63,819 nt of DNA, filler included, from Lenisia limosa (GCA_001655205.1; 7 parts of 7 records of this genome joined end to end with filler, not necessarily neighbours in it); one strand, 5' to 3'; shown: positions 48,097 to 61,055, numbered from the whole stretch's first letter. Made by a program: numbers and translations. Notes: generated by a model not told the origin, from the letters alone.

Positions 48097-50790
48097 CTAA
48101 GAAAAGGCCTCAACGGCTCGTTGCACGTCACGGCAGAATTCCGAGGGACTGGAGGCACTAACAACCTCAACCAGTGGGGCGGTAGCGGCAGATACTGCAA
48201 AGTGAATGGGGTACATGAGACGTGTGCTCGAACAGATATTGAAAAAATGAAAACAGGTTGAAGGTGCTGAAGACAGAATTATGAAATTACTGCCCCCACC
48301 AATCATGGCCACGTATTCTTCCACTGAGTTGGCAATCGAAGTTAACTCTGGAACCTGCGCTCCAATCTAAACAGTTCAAAGACTTCAGAAAAAATTTGGA
48401 AGATATCACTTGGCATGGTATTGAGGACTGGTTGCTCAGTCAAGAAAAAGTTCAGCTTCAACGTTGCATCAGTATTTACAAGTCCCTCGCCCTCACTTGT
48501 TCAGAAAGTCGGTTGTACAACAAATGAGCCGTTCCCTGAAATATGAACGGACAAGTCTCCCGAAACTAATTCTCCATTTCTGCCAAAAATACCTTAAAGA
48601 AGTCCCTCCACCTTATCTCCACCCAGGAATACTATGATACAACACTCCAAGATTGATCCCGTGCAAACCGAGGCGCCACGTGACCAGTGAATGTTGTCGG
48701 AAGTAGAATCGGAAGAGAAGCCCCGGGCTGAGCGGAGAACCACTGAAGGAACGCCGGACTTGAGAGCGTTGTATAAACCTGTGAAATAGGATCAATACAC
48801 AAATATAATTGTTGTTGAACAAGGTGTAACAATTCCAACATAATAACTTAATCAAATCAGGCCTACATTTGGGGCAGGGTGAAGGGAAGGAGTCCAGATA
48901 GATGAACTTATTAGGGGCGGAATATATATTTAATTTGGCTTTCTTGTTGCTTTGCTGAATGGTGACATTAAAAATGAATTAATACAGAGGAAATGCCATC
49001 CCCCCCCCCCCTCCAACTNNNNNNNNNNNNNNNNNNNNNNNNNNNNNNNNNNNNNNNNNNNNNNNNNNNNNNNNNNNNNNNNNNNNNNNNNNNNNNNNNA
49101 GTTAATTAGAGAAGGTGGAATCCCTGCGTCCGATACTAGATATTGTCAGAGAATGATCAAGACGTAAAGTAACCCTTGTATTCAGTGATGAACGGTTGAT
49201 AATGATTGTTATTAGAACCCACAAGTGCTTCAAAAATTACACGATTCAATTTTTTTTTCTTTCGATAAAATCGCTCACAATACTTGCTTTGTTGACATTT
49301 TCCAAAATTCATGAAATACAACAGAGATTATCTGACTGAGGAACCCAAAACAATGAATCTATTAAAACTATTGAAGGGACATTTTTTTGGGATCATATAT
49401 CAGAGCATCCGCCTACAAGCTTTCATGAAGGCAAACATCACGTCTTCCGGGACAACAGGAACCTGGATTTTGGCGTTCGGAAGTTTCAACATCGCTTGGC
49501 TGGGGGGGGGGGGGNNNNNNNNNNNNNNNNNNNNNNNNNNNNNNNNNNNNNNNNNNNNNNNNNNNNNNNNNNNNNNNNNNNNNNNNNNNNNNNNNNNNNN
49601 NNNNNAAATATGACAAAAATTTCATTCCTTTTATACTTCACAGGGGTAAACAAATGAAAAGTACGGCAGGATCATACGAACCTAATTGCATCGATGTAGG
49701 CCTGCGAGACGGTGAGATGCGAGGAAGACATCTGAAGGATGGTGGTGGACGCGGCAATAATCGTTTCTGTTTCTGACAAAGCGCTACACGGTCAAATGGA
49801 TTGCTTTATTGGTGGAAACGTGGGGCTTATCATTTCTTGCAATTTCTACAAAGAGAATGAAAACACATTCTACAACTAATAGCATTGAGCATAATGAGTA
49901 TACTTTCAATTTACCAATGCATACGGGGAACTGTCACTGAATACACCAAGATGAGGGTTGGGAACCAAGGGTAGCACTGCTGAAGGGACCCGAAGTATCG
50001 GAACACTATCGGAAGGAAGGGCTAGCCCGGGGGGAAGTGATATGTCATCCACTATCAGTCCGTCCTGGGGGGGGGGGGTNNNNNNNNNNNNNNNNNNNNN
50101 NNNNNNNNNNNNNNNNNNNNNNNNNNNNNNNNNNNNNNNNNNNNNNNNNNNNNNNNNNNNNNNNNNNNNNNNNNNNNNNNNNNNNNNNNNNNNNNNNNNN
50201 NNNNNNNNNNNNNNNNNNNNNNNNNNNNNNNNNNNNNNNNNNNNNNNNNNNNNNNNNNNNNNNNNNNNNNNNNNNNNNNNNNNNNNNNNNNNNNNNNNNN
50301 NNNNNNNNTTTATGGTGACTGTATTCTAAGACTCAACCAGATACACACTGCCTCAAAACCAAAAATGACAAAAAAAAAATCGGGGTGGGGCAGGATATAA
50401 TCAATATTTATCCCAGTTCTGACCTGTAGCGGTACGGGGTTGAGTTGAAGAAGAGCCGCTACAGCCCCGGGATGGACCACACTCGAGAGCGAAAATGGGT
50501 CACTTGGCTGGATAAAGTCAACAGGGGAAGGGGTGACAATAAATTAGCCAGTTTGCTTATGTGGATAAACAGAGAAACACCTCGCAGACGTTTATTTTGA
50601 AGGGACCCGGGGAAGCAATACTCATGAAAGGCGGAACAATTAGCACATCAATTCCATGAGCTTGGAGGAGAGAGGCCTGGAAAACAATGAAAAATGGTGC
50701 ATGTACAATAAGTGAGTAGCGCTGGCAACTTGTTTGAATTAGAAAAACAAGTAATATCTGTCCGAAATGGATATTTGTCCCGGTTGCCAT
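48097..50790 (-). CDS. Probable GT-B fold glycosyltransferase (GT1/GT28-like), start uncertain
   Basis: N-terminal MATGTNIHFGQILL|ASLLQAHGIDVLIVPP resembles G-x-GH-x-x-P-x-x-x-LA-x-x-L-x-x-x-G-H-x-V; C-terminal GLYNALKSGVPSV...FLGGDK|GTAHLL resembles (E)AL-x-x-GVP-x-h-x-x-P-x-x-x-DQ-x-x-NA; last exons phase-consistent to VQRAVEAFS*. Confidence 0.5.
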
Positions 50791-51234
50791 ACACTATATT
50801 TGATATATAGTGGACCAACAAAACCGCGCCCACTAACATAACCGCGCCCACTTTTTGAAAAACCATGTTTCTTTGGACAAAGTCCGGTTAAATAAGGGCA
50901 TCTTTTCATTATTATTCCAAAATAAGCTTCAAAAAGTAAGAATGAGAGTTTTTTTTTTGTTGGAATTTTCTAGAAAATAGTCTCTTAAAAAAAATAGTTC
51001 AGTTCATTCCCTTTTCTCCCTTTTTTTTTCTTGAAGAGGCCTTTCATTTGAGTGTCAAGATCAAAAATATTGTAAGTGGGGAAAGTGCCGGGATAATTTG
51101 CTATGTCCCTTAGCTTTCATTTCCTATTTTTTTTTTTTCAAAAAATATTTTATTTCTGTTGAGTTATGATGGTAAACATATTACCAATCAACTTTGAGAA
51201 TTGACCCGCTTTTTGAAATAAATGACCCGCTTTT

Positions 51235-51334
51235 NNNNNNNNNNNNNNNNNNNNNNNNNNNNNNNNNNNNNNNNNNNNTTAATTAATTAANNNNNNNNNN
51301 NNNNNNNNNNNNNNNNNNNNNNNNNNNNNNNNNN
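51235..51334. other. Artificial scaffold spacer N44-TTAATTAATTAA-N44
   Basis: Linker at 51279-51290. Confidence 0.97.
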
Positions 51335-51339
51335 CAACC

Positions 51340-52683
51340 CCCCCCCCCCAAACATGAACTGAAACGCACGTCGTTGGGAGAGTCACCATCGATGATAAGA
51401 TCGGGGGAGGTGATCACAATCGGGTTGAAGCTGGAAGGACATTAACATAGGAGTGAGGTATGAATGTAAAACACATGAGTTGAAAACAATAGGGAGAAAA
51501 ATGTGTGTGTGTGTGAGGGTACAAGTTGAAAATGAGAGAAATGATGGAGTGCATAAATGAATAAATGGTGCAGAAATCCACGTGCCCTCGTTATAAGTAC
51601 ATGACCGTGTGTATCAGAGCATCATTGGGACTTGTTGGTCGATTATCATATGGCATGTGTTGGTATTATATCAACATAAAGAAAGATCAATAATGTATGA
51701 AAACGAGCCAATGATACGCTAATTAAGTACAATTACTCCATCAGTAAAAAGTATTAACAGCTCGGTTCTTCACATAATTAATTCTCATTGTAACATAAAG
51801 GTTCAAGAAACACAAAAACTGAAGGTTGAATCAACTTCCTGCCACAATATTATATCTCACATCAAATGTTGGAAAAACAAAAATACAAAATCTCAAGATC
51901 GCACATTGGTGTATAAATTTCGGCAATTTTGACCAAAATTGCTACTTTTGTACTTACGTAATAAATTTGGCAATTGACGACTTGCTTTACATATCTATAT
52001 TTATACAATTTTCTGAGACCATATTGCCCAAAAGAAGGGATGGATATGACGGAAATGTATTGACCCGCAAAAATGGCAACTCCCCGCTCTCCCCAATCCA
52101 AACGCCTTATTTATAACTTTGCCTTGCTTTGGCATTCTTTTCAAACAACGATTGTTCTTGCAAAAAAATGACCTTTGAATGTAGGTTTTTGTTCACATAA
52201 AATATCACTTTTAAGACTTTGAATTTGGATAAATCCCGTTTTAGCTAAGCCAAGAAGCCAAGCTCACCTAACACGGAACTCCGTAAAGTTCGGGCTGATC
52301 GCAATGGAAAACTACATGATCATGATATTTTTTAAAGGACATGTTGAGTATTAATGTGAAAGGCGGGGACAGTCCTTTAAAGAGGGTATTGGCAACATCA
52401 CGAGATGTCTATCCAGGTTTCAGGCACGGAAGAGAGAAATCCCCCATACTCGATCGATTTATTTGTTATGTTATTGTGTGAGTTTTATTAGCCAATATAG
52501 AGCTGAAGAAGAGCTCTCAGAAATAGAAGCTCCACAAACCTTGGTCTCCGGATGGCTATTGGCGAAGTCTACGGCCTGGTTCAAGTTCATGCTATTGTCA
52601 ATAAACAGCTTCTGGCGGTCAGGTTCGGCAAACGCACTTGCCATAAGACACCACAGCACAAGGACAACCGTTTGAAAGCACAT
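51340..52683 (-). CDS. Putative secreted protein of unknown function, 3'-partial
   Basis: Signal-peptide-like start MCFQTVVLVLWCLMASAFA-EPDRQKLFIDNSMNLNQAVDFANSHPETK|; later exon-like blocks TSRDVANTLFKGLSPP and FNPIVITSPDLIIDGDSPNDVRFSS running into the scaffold end. Confidence 0.4.
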
Positions 52684-53154
52684 CTTAACTAATATAGAGG
52701 TAACAATAAAAGTTAAGCGAAAGAGGCTAAAAAAATCCTGAAAAGCCAGCTTTTATAGTTCCCGTCGGGTAGTTTTTACGTAATACGCCAGCGCCTCTTT
52801 CTTCTTTGCTTTCGGGGTTGGGGCTCTCTGCTCTTCTCTCGCCTAACTTTGTTGTGCATTGGGTGTTCATCCAACCAGAAACTTCGAAAATTCGCCTCAT
52901 TTCGTCAAAGCCGAGCAAACAACATAGTTTCCTTTTTTGGGCAGGGACATCCTCATTGATCTTGGTCTTTCTTCTCGTTGCCTGGTCCTGGCTCCCCACA
53001 ACAAACATGTCTGTCAAACCGGCTGTAACGGTGAGGATGGTTGCACTTGTAATTGAAAAATACTCCTTTATTTTGAGGAGGCTGTGCATTTTGTCTTGTT
53101 TCTCTGTTTTGCATTACTTCCATGTCAAAAGAAGGAGATATTTTTTTTGTAATG

Positions 53155-53265
53155 AAAGTAGTTATTTTAATGTAAAGAAAGGAAAGTAGTTATTTTAATG
53201 TAAAGAAAGGAAAGTAGGTATTTTTATGTAAAGAAAGGAAAGTAGGTATTTTTATGTAAAGAAAG
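53155..53265. repeat. 28-bp tandem repeat, 4 copies
   Basis: aaagtag(t/g)tattt(ta/tt)atgtaaagaaagg. Confidence 0.95.
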
Positions 53266-53464
53266 CGGTACTTTTGTGTACGACAGTGAGTATATGTAAA
53301 GAATTGAGTATTTTGAATCCATTTTTTATCACCCCCTACCCCTAGACAAGAGCGGATCGCGCCGCTGGAGCTATCATGGGCGCTTTTATAGGGGAGGCGC
53401 TCGCAGTAGGGGGTATTATGTGTATATCAAGTATATCATATTAATTAAATGTGTGGCGTACTAC

Positions 53465-53564
53465 TAGAGCTTCACTTCGGTTCAAATAAGACTGGTAAAG
53501 TATCGATAGTTTTCGAAGATTTATCGAGAAATTCAGTCTTTTTTTTAACCAAAGTGAAGCCCTT
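53465..53564 (+). mobile_element. ~100-bp MITE family, copy A
   Basis: TIRs TAGAGCTTCACTTCGGTT ... AACCAAAGTGAAGCCCT; core GGTAAAGTATCGATAGTTTTCGAAGATTTATCGAGAAATTCAGTC. Confidence 0.8.
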
Positions 53565-53700
53565 CACTACTACACTGCGGTGCATCAACTTGTGATTACT
53601 CTTATTTAAAAGGGGAATCCTATGTAATTTTTCATGGAAATCTGAAGAAATTTATGGGATTCCCAGATACTACGAGAATCCAAAGCCGATGCCCTATGGG

Positions 53701-53793
53701 AAGGGCTTTACTTCGGCTCGACTGAATTTTTCGATAAATCTTCGAAAATTGTCGATATTTTACCCGAAATTTTCGAACCGAAGTGAAGCCCTA
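53701..53793 (-). mobile_element. ~100-bp MITE family, copy B (inverted relative to A)
   Basis: AGGGCTTTACTTCGG ... CCGAAGTGAAGCCCTA; core is the reverse complement of the copy A core. Confidence 0.8.
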
Positions 53794-53922
53794 ATCATTA
53801 AATACATAGGGATATTATGAGCCTAGTTTCAGAGGGACTTTTACTGCAAAAAAGGTGGATAACTGTTTTAGGTTGGCTGCCACTGGTACTATGACCTTGA
53901 AGAGATGAGAAAAGACCATGGT

Positions 53923-54022
53923 NNNNNNNNNNNNNNNNNNNNNNNNNNNNNNNNNNNNNNNNNNNNTTAATTAATTAANNNNNNNNNNNNNNNNNNNNNN
54001 NNNNNNNNNNNNNNNNNNNNNN
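53923..54022. other. Artificial scaffold spacer N44-TTAATTAATTAA-N44
   Basis: Linker at 53967-53978. Confidence 0.97.
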
Positions 54023-54371
54023 GATGGGGGGGGTCCTTGTAGGTTATTAGTGTGGGGGGGTAGAGTTATTCAGCTCCCAATAAAATAATGTTGTTTCTGA
54101 ATGCAGCCTCTAGTATTGTCAAGCATTTGTAATATGTATGTGTAATATATGTATTATATGATATAATATGATAATATGATATAGAGTACAATATCCATGT
54201 ATGACGATGTATTAGATATGATATGATATGAAATATAGCAGCCTTTGGAGAACGTCATGTTCTTTATCCTGAACTTAAATGCATCAAGAATCTGGGGGTA
54301 TAAAAACCCAATAAACAAACTGTTTCCGATTGCTCTCCCAAACTTCAGTGTGCCAACTTATTATTCTGTAG

Positions 54372-55300
<929 letters not shown>

Positions 55301-55326
55301 GTATGCGATTTTTGGGCCCTTATACT

Positions 55327-55409
55327 TAGGGCTCACAATCTGGTAAAATATCGATATTTTTCGAGAATTTATCGAGAATTCAGTCTTTTTTTTGTTGCCG
55401 AAGTGCCTA
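55327..55409 (+). mobile_element. ~100-bp MITE family, copy D (internally deleted, in a kinase intron)
   Basis: TAGGGCTCAC ... core GGTAAAATATCGATATTTTTCGAGAATTTATCGAGAATTCAGTC ... CCGAAGTGCCTA; flanks cttatact / tttatacc (6/8). Confidence 0.7.
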
Positions 55410-55456
55410 TTTATACCACTTTGCATTGGATAATGCTTTAGGAAGGGTTTTTTTTT

Positions 55457-55556
55457 NNNNNNNNNNNNNNNNNNNNNNNNNNNNNNNNNNNNNNNNNNNN
55501 TTAATTAATTAANNNNNNNNNNNNNNNNNNNNNNNNNNNNNNNNNNNNNNNNNNNN
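55457..55556. other. Artificial scaffold spacer N44-TTAATTAATTAA-N44
   Basis: Linker at 55501-55512. Confidence 0.97.
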
Positions 55557-55699
55557 AATTTTCGGACATGAATTCGGCATTTCGGACATGATTTCTGCGC
55601 CCCAGCATATACTATATACTACATGATATACTATATATACTATATAATATTATATAGTATATATATAGCTAGTGATGATCCCCATCACCCCCCCCCCCC

Positions 55700-57075
55700 A
55701 TACGCCACATGAAGATCGTGAGTGTGAGAATGCAGCCAAATAGTCCGTAGGCAATAGCAGCAGGCCATGACGTCAGGATAACCCAGAAAATGTTCCAGAA
55801 GGTCACAAAATGAACTGGGGGGGGGGGTAAAATTTGAAATTTATGAAACAAAAAAAAAACCCAAAATNNNNNNNNNNNNNNNNNNNNNNNNNNNNNNNNN
55901 NNNNNNNNNNNNNNNNNNNNNNNNNNNNNNNNNNNNNNNNNNNNNNNNNNNNNNNNNNNNNNNNNNNNNNNNNNNNNNNCTTGGACTGCCGATGATCGTT
56001 CTGACAACGGCCGTCTTTGCACATGACTCTTCCACTTAAGAGTAAAAAAAAAAATCGGATAATTAACGAAACGAAAAGGAGGATCGACTCTGTTGGCTTG
56101 CAACACACGAGGGTTGAAAACCACAAAACAAACAAAGCCCAGGTCAGTCGCTTAAATAGAAGATTAAGAAAAATCAATCTCGAATCAGCTCTATTAGTTA
56201 AATACAGTGACCGGGATAGGTCTTGACCAATTATCCTTGAGAAACCATATTCGCCCTTAACATACCGTCGGGAGACCAAAGAGCTCATTGTTCACAAGAT
56301 GCCTTTCCTAAACAGTTAGGGTTACTGACAAGTGCTCCCAGAATCGAATAAATGTTCCGTTAAATCTTCAACTCAAAATAGAAGATATTCTAGCGCTCAT
56401 AATAGATACTAAAGTAGGTCCAAAAGAGATGAATATCCTATTACAGTGAACAATATCAAAATATATGTTGGGCTTCACTCGGTTCGAAAAAGAGCGGTAA
56501 AACATCGATAGTTTTCGAGGATATATCGAGAAATTCAGTCTTTTTTCGAACCGAAGTGAAACCCTAAATATATACCAGATATAGTATGAGGAGGGCCTTC
56601 ATTATCCGAAAAAGACAAGTAAAATGTTAATATCTTTCAGGGAATATATATTCAGTAAACCCACTTCAATGTTCTTGGGTTTAGGCGAGGCATGATCAGA
56701 GAACCTATGGAAGTGAGGCCGGATGGAGTGCAAAAAAAGGACCCCATTACATTTCAGTTATAATAATTCATCCGACAATTATTACTCATTAATGGTACTA
56801 ATAAAAGTTTGTCAAAAGTAGGAAGAGGGATGATGGGGGAAGGAGAGAAGGCGGGAGAAGGGAGGGCATACCTGACAGGGTCGTGGGACGCAGATCTGAC
56901 ACGGTTGGCTTTGGGGGTGTTGAGGCTCTCTGTGGTGTGAGGCAATGATAGTGGCAGCTTTACCAAACACATTAATAGGTTTGTTAAAGCCTAGTAATTA
57001 GCAGGTTGCAAAGTTCTCTCATACTCCCCTGCCCCACCTTGGTAAATTGGCTGTGTTTCGCTGTCCATTGTCACT
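55700..57075 (-). CDS. Putative membrane protein of unknown function, 3'-partial, start uncertain
   Basis: Hydrophobic AG..GT-bounded exon VHFVTFWNIFWVILTSWPAAIAYGLFGCILTLTIFMWR at about 55700-55815; upstream exon-like blocks such as ERHLVNNELFGLPT. Confidence 0.35.
56468..56566 (+). mobile_element. ~100-bp MITE family, copy C, with 8-bp target-site duplication
   Basis: TTGGGCTTCACTCGGTTCG ... CGAACCGAAGTGAAACCCTA; flanks aatatatg / aatatata (7/8). Confidence 0.85.
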
Positions 57076-57443
57076 GACCGACGGAAACGAGCAGAATACC
57101 TAAGATTAGACTTTTAGGCCGGTTTAGGTCATAGAAGGCGGTGTTGTGGTGAATAAATCTTCAAATGTTTGATGCCTGTGTCTTTTGGCCAATAGTCTTG
57201 TCAATACCTAATCTAAATCTAGCAATGCAACAAATATATCGACACTCAAAAAAGAACTAGAAGGAAACAGAAAATTCGAGAAAGTCAACTACGGCGGCAT
57301 ACCCCCTTTTGTTTAAAAAATTGATTATAAAAATAGCAAATTGAGTAGAAGCAAGAGAGGGGTACCTTATATTGCTGTCATAGTTTAATTCTACTGTAGA
57401 AACCCGGAAATTGTTCTTCTAGTTTTGCTTCTGTTATTGTACA

Positions 57444-58180
57444 ATGTCGTACTTGGTTCGTGACCCTGCGTTATATGCAGATTTTTACATTTCTAGTACA
57501 TGGACAAAGTGGATCAACACATTCGGGAAACACAACAGAAGTACCCAAATCTCAGACCAGTTAATGAGTCCTTCAGTAGGTCCTTCTTCCCTTAGAGTTC
57601 ATTTAACTTTTCCAACAGCCTCGAATGACGGACGTACTCGAACGCTAACTCATCTCGTCGGAACAATTCCGATCACCATCAGAGGAAATGTTTATCATAT
57701 CCCGGTCAAAATAGTGCTGCTCGAGGAGTACCCCCTTAAGGCCCCCCGTGCCTGGGTTACGCCAACAGTTGGTATGAGGGTGACTTTTTGATGCCCTTTC
57801 GCGGATCTCTCAGCATAAGGATCTGGGCAACTCTTAACTACATATGATGTGGTTTTGTCCCTTACTCACCCCAAAGGCATGGCTATCCGGCCGCAGCACC
57901 AACATGTCGACATGAATGGCATTGTCTACCTTCCATACCTCAACCAGTGGAACAATAGGTTGGTATCTATCACTAATAGTAGCTTCTGAGTAAACAACAC
58001 AGTCATTAGTAAAGCGAAGATTATTGAGTCAGCTAATTGTTGTGCATTGATTGGTGATCCAGTTGATGACAACCGCTATTGACGGATATTAGCTCTAGCA
58101 TGACGATGTAGATATCGTCTTGTTGTTCTCTGTGAAAACATGAGTACTGCCTTTAGTGCCCTGTCCCCCGTTTATGCCAA
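57444..58180 (+). CDS. TSG101: ESCRT-I TSG101/Vps23 UEV domain, probably 3'-partial
   Basis: MSYL|YMDKVDQHIRETQQKYPNLRPVNESF|TSNDGRTRTLTHLVGTIPITIRGNVYHIPVKIVLLEEYPLKAPRAWVTPTV|GMAIRPQHQHVDMNGIVYLPYLNQWNN|RYRLVVLCENMSTAFSALSPVYAK. Could also be a UEV-only paralogue. Confidence 0.85.
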
Positions 58181-58485
58181 GTTAGGGGCGTGAAAGATTT
58201 GCTGAGTGGTTCTCTCTAAAAATTTTTAATAACCTAGAGATAAGGAAATAAAGCATAGGGATAGCATAAGTCTGAAAATACAAAAGTATAATTGTGTAAT
58301 ATAAGGGGACGCTTTGAGTTTACTCCTCCCTCCCCCTTCTCCTATCCCCTCCCTCCTATCTAACTGATACTTCTTTTTATTACGCATTTCTACTTTTCGA
58401 AATTGGGAAATCAATGATATATAATGATTATTGTATTTATTGCAAAGTCCTGATGGACAGGAAGAATTAATATTTGTTCAATAAG

Positions 58486-58560
58486 TTTGGTCCGAGAAAG
58501 ACCGTGAAAATATCGAGGAGTTGTCGAGGATTTATCGAAAATTGGGTCCTTTTTAGGGCT
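58486..58560 (+). mobile_element. ~100-bp MITE family, degenerate copy E
   Basis: gaccgtgaaaatatcgaggagttgtcgaggatttatcgaaaattgggtc aligns to the family core; TIRs eroded. Confidence 0.5.
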
Positions 58561-58793
58561 GTCTGAATGCATCTCCAATTGATTCTCCTCCCCCCCCGCC
58601 CCTTAACATTATTTTAATTCGTTTAGAATATAACATTATCTGATGATGATGTCGACGGCTTCGGCAAGATATTCTTTTTTCATAAATCCACATATTCTGA
58701 GAGGGAATCGTGACTACTCTTATGAACAAAATAGACGTTACTGTCCATAATTACTACAAGTTACTACGAAATATTCTTCTTTTTTCCAACCCT

Positions 58794-58893
58794 NNNNNNN
58801 NNNNNNNNNNNNNNNNNNNNNNNNNNNNNNNNNNNNNTTAATTAATTAANNNNNNNNNNNNNNNNNNNNNNNNNNNNNNNNNNNNNNNNNNNN
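58794..58893. other. Artificial scaffold spacer N44-TTAATTAATTAA-N44
   Basis: Linker at 58838-58849. Confidence 0.97.
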
Positions 58894-59069
58894 CTGAGTT
58901 AGCATTTATTGAGCTTGGTGCCGCCTTGGTAATTGAACCCTCGTTTACATCGCGCTTTCTCCAGGTGGGATCCGGAAAATTTTTTTGGGAACAAGAGAAA
59001 TAATAAACATTAAAAATCTATGGAAACAAATTGTTTCATCAATTTTACTCCCCCTCCCCCACTTGACAT

Positions 59070-59900
59070 TGCTCAAATAGTCAAATGTGATGATCGAAGA
59101 ATTCATTCCAGTCGATCTTCAAAAAACTTTTTACAATAAAAATTGACCTCATACTGGAAGAGAAAGTCTTGTAAAAAGCCTTGTAAGGGGTCCTGGGGTC
59201 AACTTAGCCTCAACTTGCTCCATAAGCGTGTTGGGGGGTGAGGTGGTAGTGACAACTTGGGGAAGAGCAGCTTTGTCGACAGAGGTCGGTTTAACATTAG
59301 AAAACAGCACAATTTGACTTTCCAAGAGAATGAGCGTAGCTGAGGATAAGAGGGAAAGGTGAAAGTAAAGGATGTTAAAAAAATGGCCCCATTCTCTATT
59401 AATGTTCTACAGTATCCGGGAAGAGCAAATTGGAGGAACTGAGGAGCAGCTGGCGGCCTAGAATCAAGAAGGTACAAGGGGGGGGGGGAGGATGAGTCGT
59501 TGAGGTGGTAATTGTACTAAATAAAAAGGCCATGAAAATCTTAACCCAATAAATATTCATCATCCATGACTTGCATTTTGCTTTAAAAAGTTGATTTCCA
59601 TTAATATGCTGCCCCAAAATAGCAACTGGGACACCAACTGAAGTCATTAATCTGTCATTAACACTATAGCTCTATTCCACACTTAATATAGGAGGAAAGG
59701 TGGGACAAAAGCTCAATAGTGTGTAAAAAAACCCCTGTGTAAGAAAAAATGCATTTCTCCAATTGCTCTTCAAAGTTCCTTTATGCACCTATTCAGTGCA
59801 ATTAAAATAAATTAAATTGAAGGAGGTCCGCAGCTCCAAAAGAAAGTGCCTCCTCGAAAGTCCTCAAACCCAGCCAAATCTGTGGAATGTGGCTCGGATT
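59070..59900 (-). CDS. Possible multi-exon gene of unknown function
   Basis: Exon-like blocks ALPQVVTTTSPPNTLMEQ|DPLQGFLQDFLFQYE|IDWNEFFDHHI*; upstream exons ambiguous. Confidence 0.3.
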
Positions 59901-60554
59901 TTTCACTTAAAAAAATCGTTCGATGCAACAGTGGGAATATCATGCTGAATACCCTACAAGTTTAAACCGGCTAAATATATTATTAATTTCAAAAACAGTG
60001 ACCGCCTAGACCTGATTTCATTTCAACCAAGGGAATCATATAAGAAAAAAAGGGGAAACAAGTTGAGCTTCAATCTGATGAAGAAACACTTCCTTAGTCC
60101 AGTAGTCATAAACAGAAAGAAGGCTCAAGAAGTTATTTCAACGATGAGAAAAACTTACAATGATGAACTCAGAGTAGCACTTGGTGCAACCCTGCCCATT
60201 TTAGGTCTTACGGGAATACTCACGCTCAATAACGTCTCTTGGGGAGTACTTGTAGAGTAGGGAAGATCTACATTCGGTCTTGCTCGTTTCCTTCCTTGTC
60301 TGCCTCTTCATCAAATCAAGGGCGCTCCTTACTTGAACTGATCCTCATTGTATTGTCAAAAAAGGGGGGGAAGAAAACAAAATATGATATATACACTGGT
60401 ACAGAAATCTATATGGTGCCATCATGCCTAAAATGCCCCTCGGTGGTACCCAAATTCAAAACGTAACACCTGTGATCTCCATTTTATGAACAAGATCAGG
60501 GAAATGTTGGTCAAAACGTTGAAAAAGTTGGCATCTTAAAAAAATTGAGCAAAA

Positions 60555-61055
60555 GCAAAGTTTGGTTGAGTTGGAGTATTCATTTTCGGTGATCGGGCTA
60601 TAAATTGGGAGTATTTACTATTGAGGCATTTGGTTGAGTCTTCATTTTTTAATTTTGTCAGGAAGACGATGATTCTATATTCCCTGCTCTTCTGCGCTCT
60701 CCAACTCTAAGTACTACAGTCAGATGGTTATTCCTTACTTAACGCATCACTCTATCGTTTTGAGAGCATAACAATGAAATACAGTTGCTAATTGATGGGC
60801 TTTAAAGTAACAAATCTAGAAAACAAAGCGAAATCAAAGTTTGGTTAAGTATTCATTTTAGATGATGGCTATAAATTAGGGATATTTTACTATTGAGGTT
60901 TTTGGTTGAGTTTCTAGTTATTAATTTTGTCAGGACGACGTTTATTCTATATTGCCTGCTCTTCTGCGCTCTCTAACTTCAAGTGTTACAGTCAGATGGT
61001 CTTTTATCTCTTAACGCATCACTCTATCGTTTTGAGAGTAATACAACAATGGAAA
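60555..61055. repeat. Tandem duplication, period 272 bp, each copy containing a 65-nt AG..GT-bounded exon-like block
   Basis: Shared blocks ttaattttgtcagga, attctatatt.cctgctcttctgcgctctc, acagtcagatggt and a perfect 29-mer cttaacgcatcactctatcgttttgagag. Confidence 0.9.

Noticed and set aside
52727-53189. Overlapping 120-127 aa ORFs as a transposase for the nearby MITEs
   Set aside because: No DDE, BED-finger or hAT dimerisation motifs are recognisable; left unassigned.
60640-61050. Tandem C/D-box snoRNAs on the minus strand of the 272-bp duplication
   Set aside because: GTGATG and CTGA boxes can be found, but the would-be guide sequences before the D and D' boxes differ between copies and there is no terminal stem.
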